DNA of 64,000 nucleotides from Alphaproteobacteria bacterium (GTDB lineage Bacteria; Pseudomonadota; Alphaproteobacteria; RF32; CAG-239): NCBI GenBank assembly GCA_017935485.1, contig JAGBHO010000023.1, positions 7,952 to 71,951 of the forward strand, read 5' to 3'. Shown piece by piece: positions 63,063 to 64,000 of this stretch (position 1 is its first letter; each line of letters starts with the position of its first letter). The notes under the pieces were generated by a model. It saw only the letters and a program-made list of their open reading frames with translations, ran no database searches and was not told where the DNA came from. The position numbers and the translations under genes were made by a program.

Positions 63063-64000
63063 GTGACGACGTTTGAAAACATAATTTTGCGGTTCTTCCG
63101 TCAGGTTCAAAAAGCGGTTTTTGCTGCCGCCTTGTTTTTTTGTATGTTGCAGCCTGCCGCGGCGGAAGAAATCAGCGCAATAGACTTCAACGGCGATCTT
63201 ATAGGCAAGGTTATTCCGAACGGCAGCGTTGTCGGCTTGGATAATCAGCTGATTGGTAACGTGACGGCCGACAGCCTTATTGTAAATTTTGACGGCAAGT
63301 TGATTGGCGGCGTTGTTCCGCAGGGCGTTGCGGTCGGAAATGATACCAAACTGCTGGGAAAAGTCAGCAATGACGGTTCTGTCCGCCTTGCTTCCGGCAA
63401 AATCGTCGGCAAAACCCTGCCAAACGGTCTGGTTATTGACGATTCCTATAACATTATCGGTGCCGTGCTCTTTCCGGGGCTGATTTACTCCGATACCGGA
63501 AAGACAATAGGGCGTTTTACCGGAGACGGCAGCTTTACCACGCTGGACGGACAACGGGTCGGCTTTGTTTCGCCTTCCGGCGATGCTTACCGCAAAGCGG
63601 TCAACGATTATATTTTGTCCGGCCGGCTGATATCTTCCAAAATGGTTGTTTCTCCGAACGGGACTTTTATCGGCAGTGTTGCCCCCGGCGGCGAAGTTTC
63701 GGACTTTGATGGCAAAATCATCGGCAGCATTCGCGCCGGCGGTTTTGTGTATAACGATAAAAACGAGATTATCGGCCGGATCGTCCGTACCGGTTATGCT
63801 TTTGACAATCGCGGCAAATATCTGGGCTTTGTGTCTTATAACGGAGAAGTCTTGAATGGCGAAAAAGTTGTCGGCCGCCTGCGCGCCGACGGAGCAATTG
63901 CCGATGATAAAAATAATGCTGTCGGCTATATGCTTGACTTTGCGGCCACCGCGTCTGATTTGAAAGGACAGTACCTCGGCCGCCTGATGCCGGAGGGCTT
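63063..64000 (+). CDS. Second repeat protein of the same DGxVxDxxGxxIGxV type; 3' end outside the window (not in the ORF track)
   Basis: Manual translation from GTG 63063 (SD ggagga at 63049-63054) runs with no stop to 64000: VTTFENIILRFFRQVQKAVFAAALFFCMLQPAAAEEISAIDFNGDLIGKVIPNGSVVGLDNQLIGNV... It has a signal peptide followed by the same repeat. Confidence 0.7.
   Translation, partial: MTTFENIILRFFRQVQKAVFAAALFFCMLQPAAAEEISAIDFNGDLIGKVIPNGSVVGLDNQLIGNVTADSLIVNFDGKLIGGVVPQGVAVGNDTKLLGKVSNDGSVRLASGKIVGKTLPNGLVIDDSYNIIGAVLFPGLIYSDTGKTIGRFTGDGSFTTLDGQRVGFVSPSGDAYRKAVNDYILSGRLISSKMVVSPNGTFIGSVAPGGEVSDFDGKIIGSIRAGGFVYNDKNEIIGRIVRTGYAFDNRGKYLGFVSYNGEVLNGEKVVGRLRADGAIADDKNNAVGYMLDFAATASDLKGQYLGRLMPEG

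Noticed and set aside
27887-64000. Calling the whole block an integrative conjugative element or prophage.
   Set aside because: No integrase, relaxase, coupling protein, replication or phage structural genes, and no flanking direct repeats or tRNA target, are visible in the window. Only the interrupted yej operon hints at insertion.

Overview
The window looks like an alphaproteobacterial chromosome. This is an inference from mutM / enoyl-CoA hydratase / rpsT / dnaA synteny, a GANTC-rich dnaA leader and yejAB.

The left ~27.8 kb is housekeeping. It holds a partial FAD protein, a metallophosphoesterase, tRNA-Ser(GGA) and tRNA-Arg(CCT), an OMP, an HD protein, recF-dnaN-dnaA, rpsT, a crotonase, mutM, a J-domain protein, a PAS protein, tsaB, rmuC, accA and yejA-yejB. 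Two noncoding regions stand out:
- a ~74-bp tandem repeat array upstream of dnaA;
- an ~850-bp hairpin-rich and polypurine spacer at 20.4-21.3 kb.

The right ~36 kb (27.9-64 kb) is an accessory supercluster that starts where yejE/yejF would be expected. It has two parts:
- An R64/PAPI-1-style type IVb pilus operon on the minus strand: PilL, PilN secretin, PilO, PilP, PilQ ATPase, PilR platform, one canonical prepilin and two pilin-like paralogs. A PilT-like ATPase and an AT-rich DUF3800 insertion sit next to it.
- A divergently transcribed VirB-type T4SS locus on the plus strand. Unusual traits:
  - three tandem VirB2 paralogs;
  - a G10 tract at the junction between the third VirB2-like gene and a 381-aa repeat ORF;
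  - five paralogous secreted helical proteins (99 to 1399 aa) where VirB5/VirB6 normally sit;
  - a VirB8 / VirB7-like / VirB8 arrangement;
  - a VirB9 with a C-terminal SPOR-like domain;
  - two giant proteins built from a ~17-residue DGxVxDxxGxxIGxV repeat in the VirB10 position.

No VirB1, VirB6, VirB10, VirB11, VirD4, relaxase or integrase is visible in the window. All calls rest on reading the sequence and the ORF translations; no searches were run.
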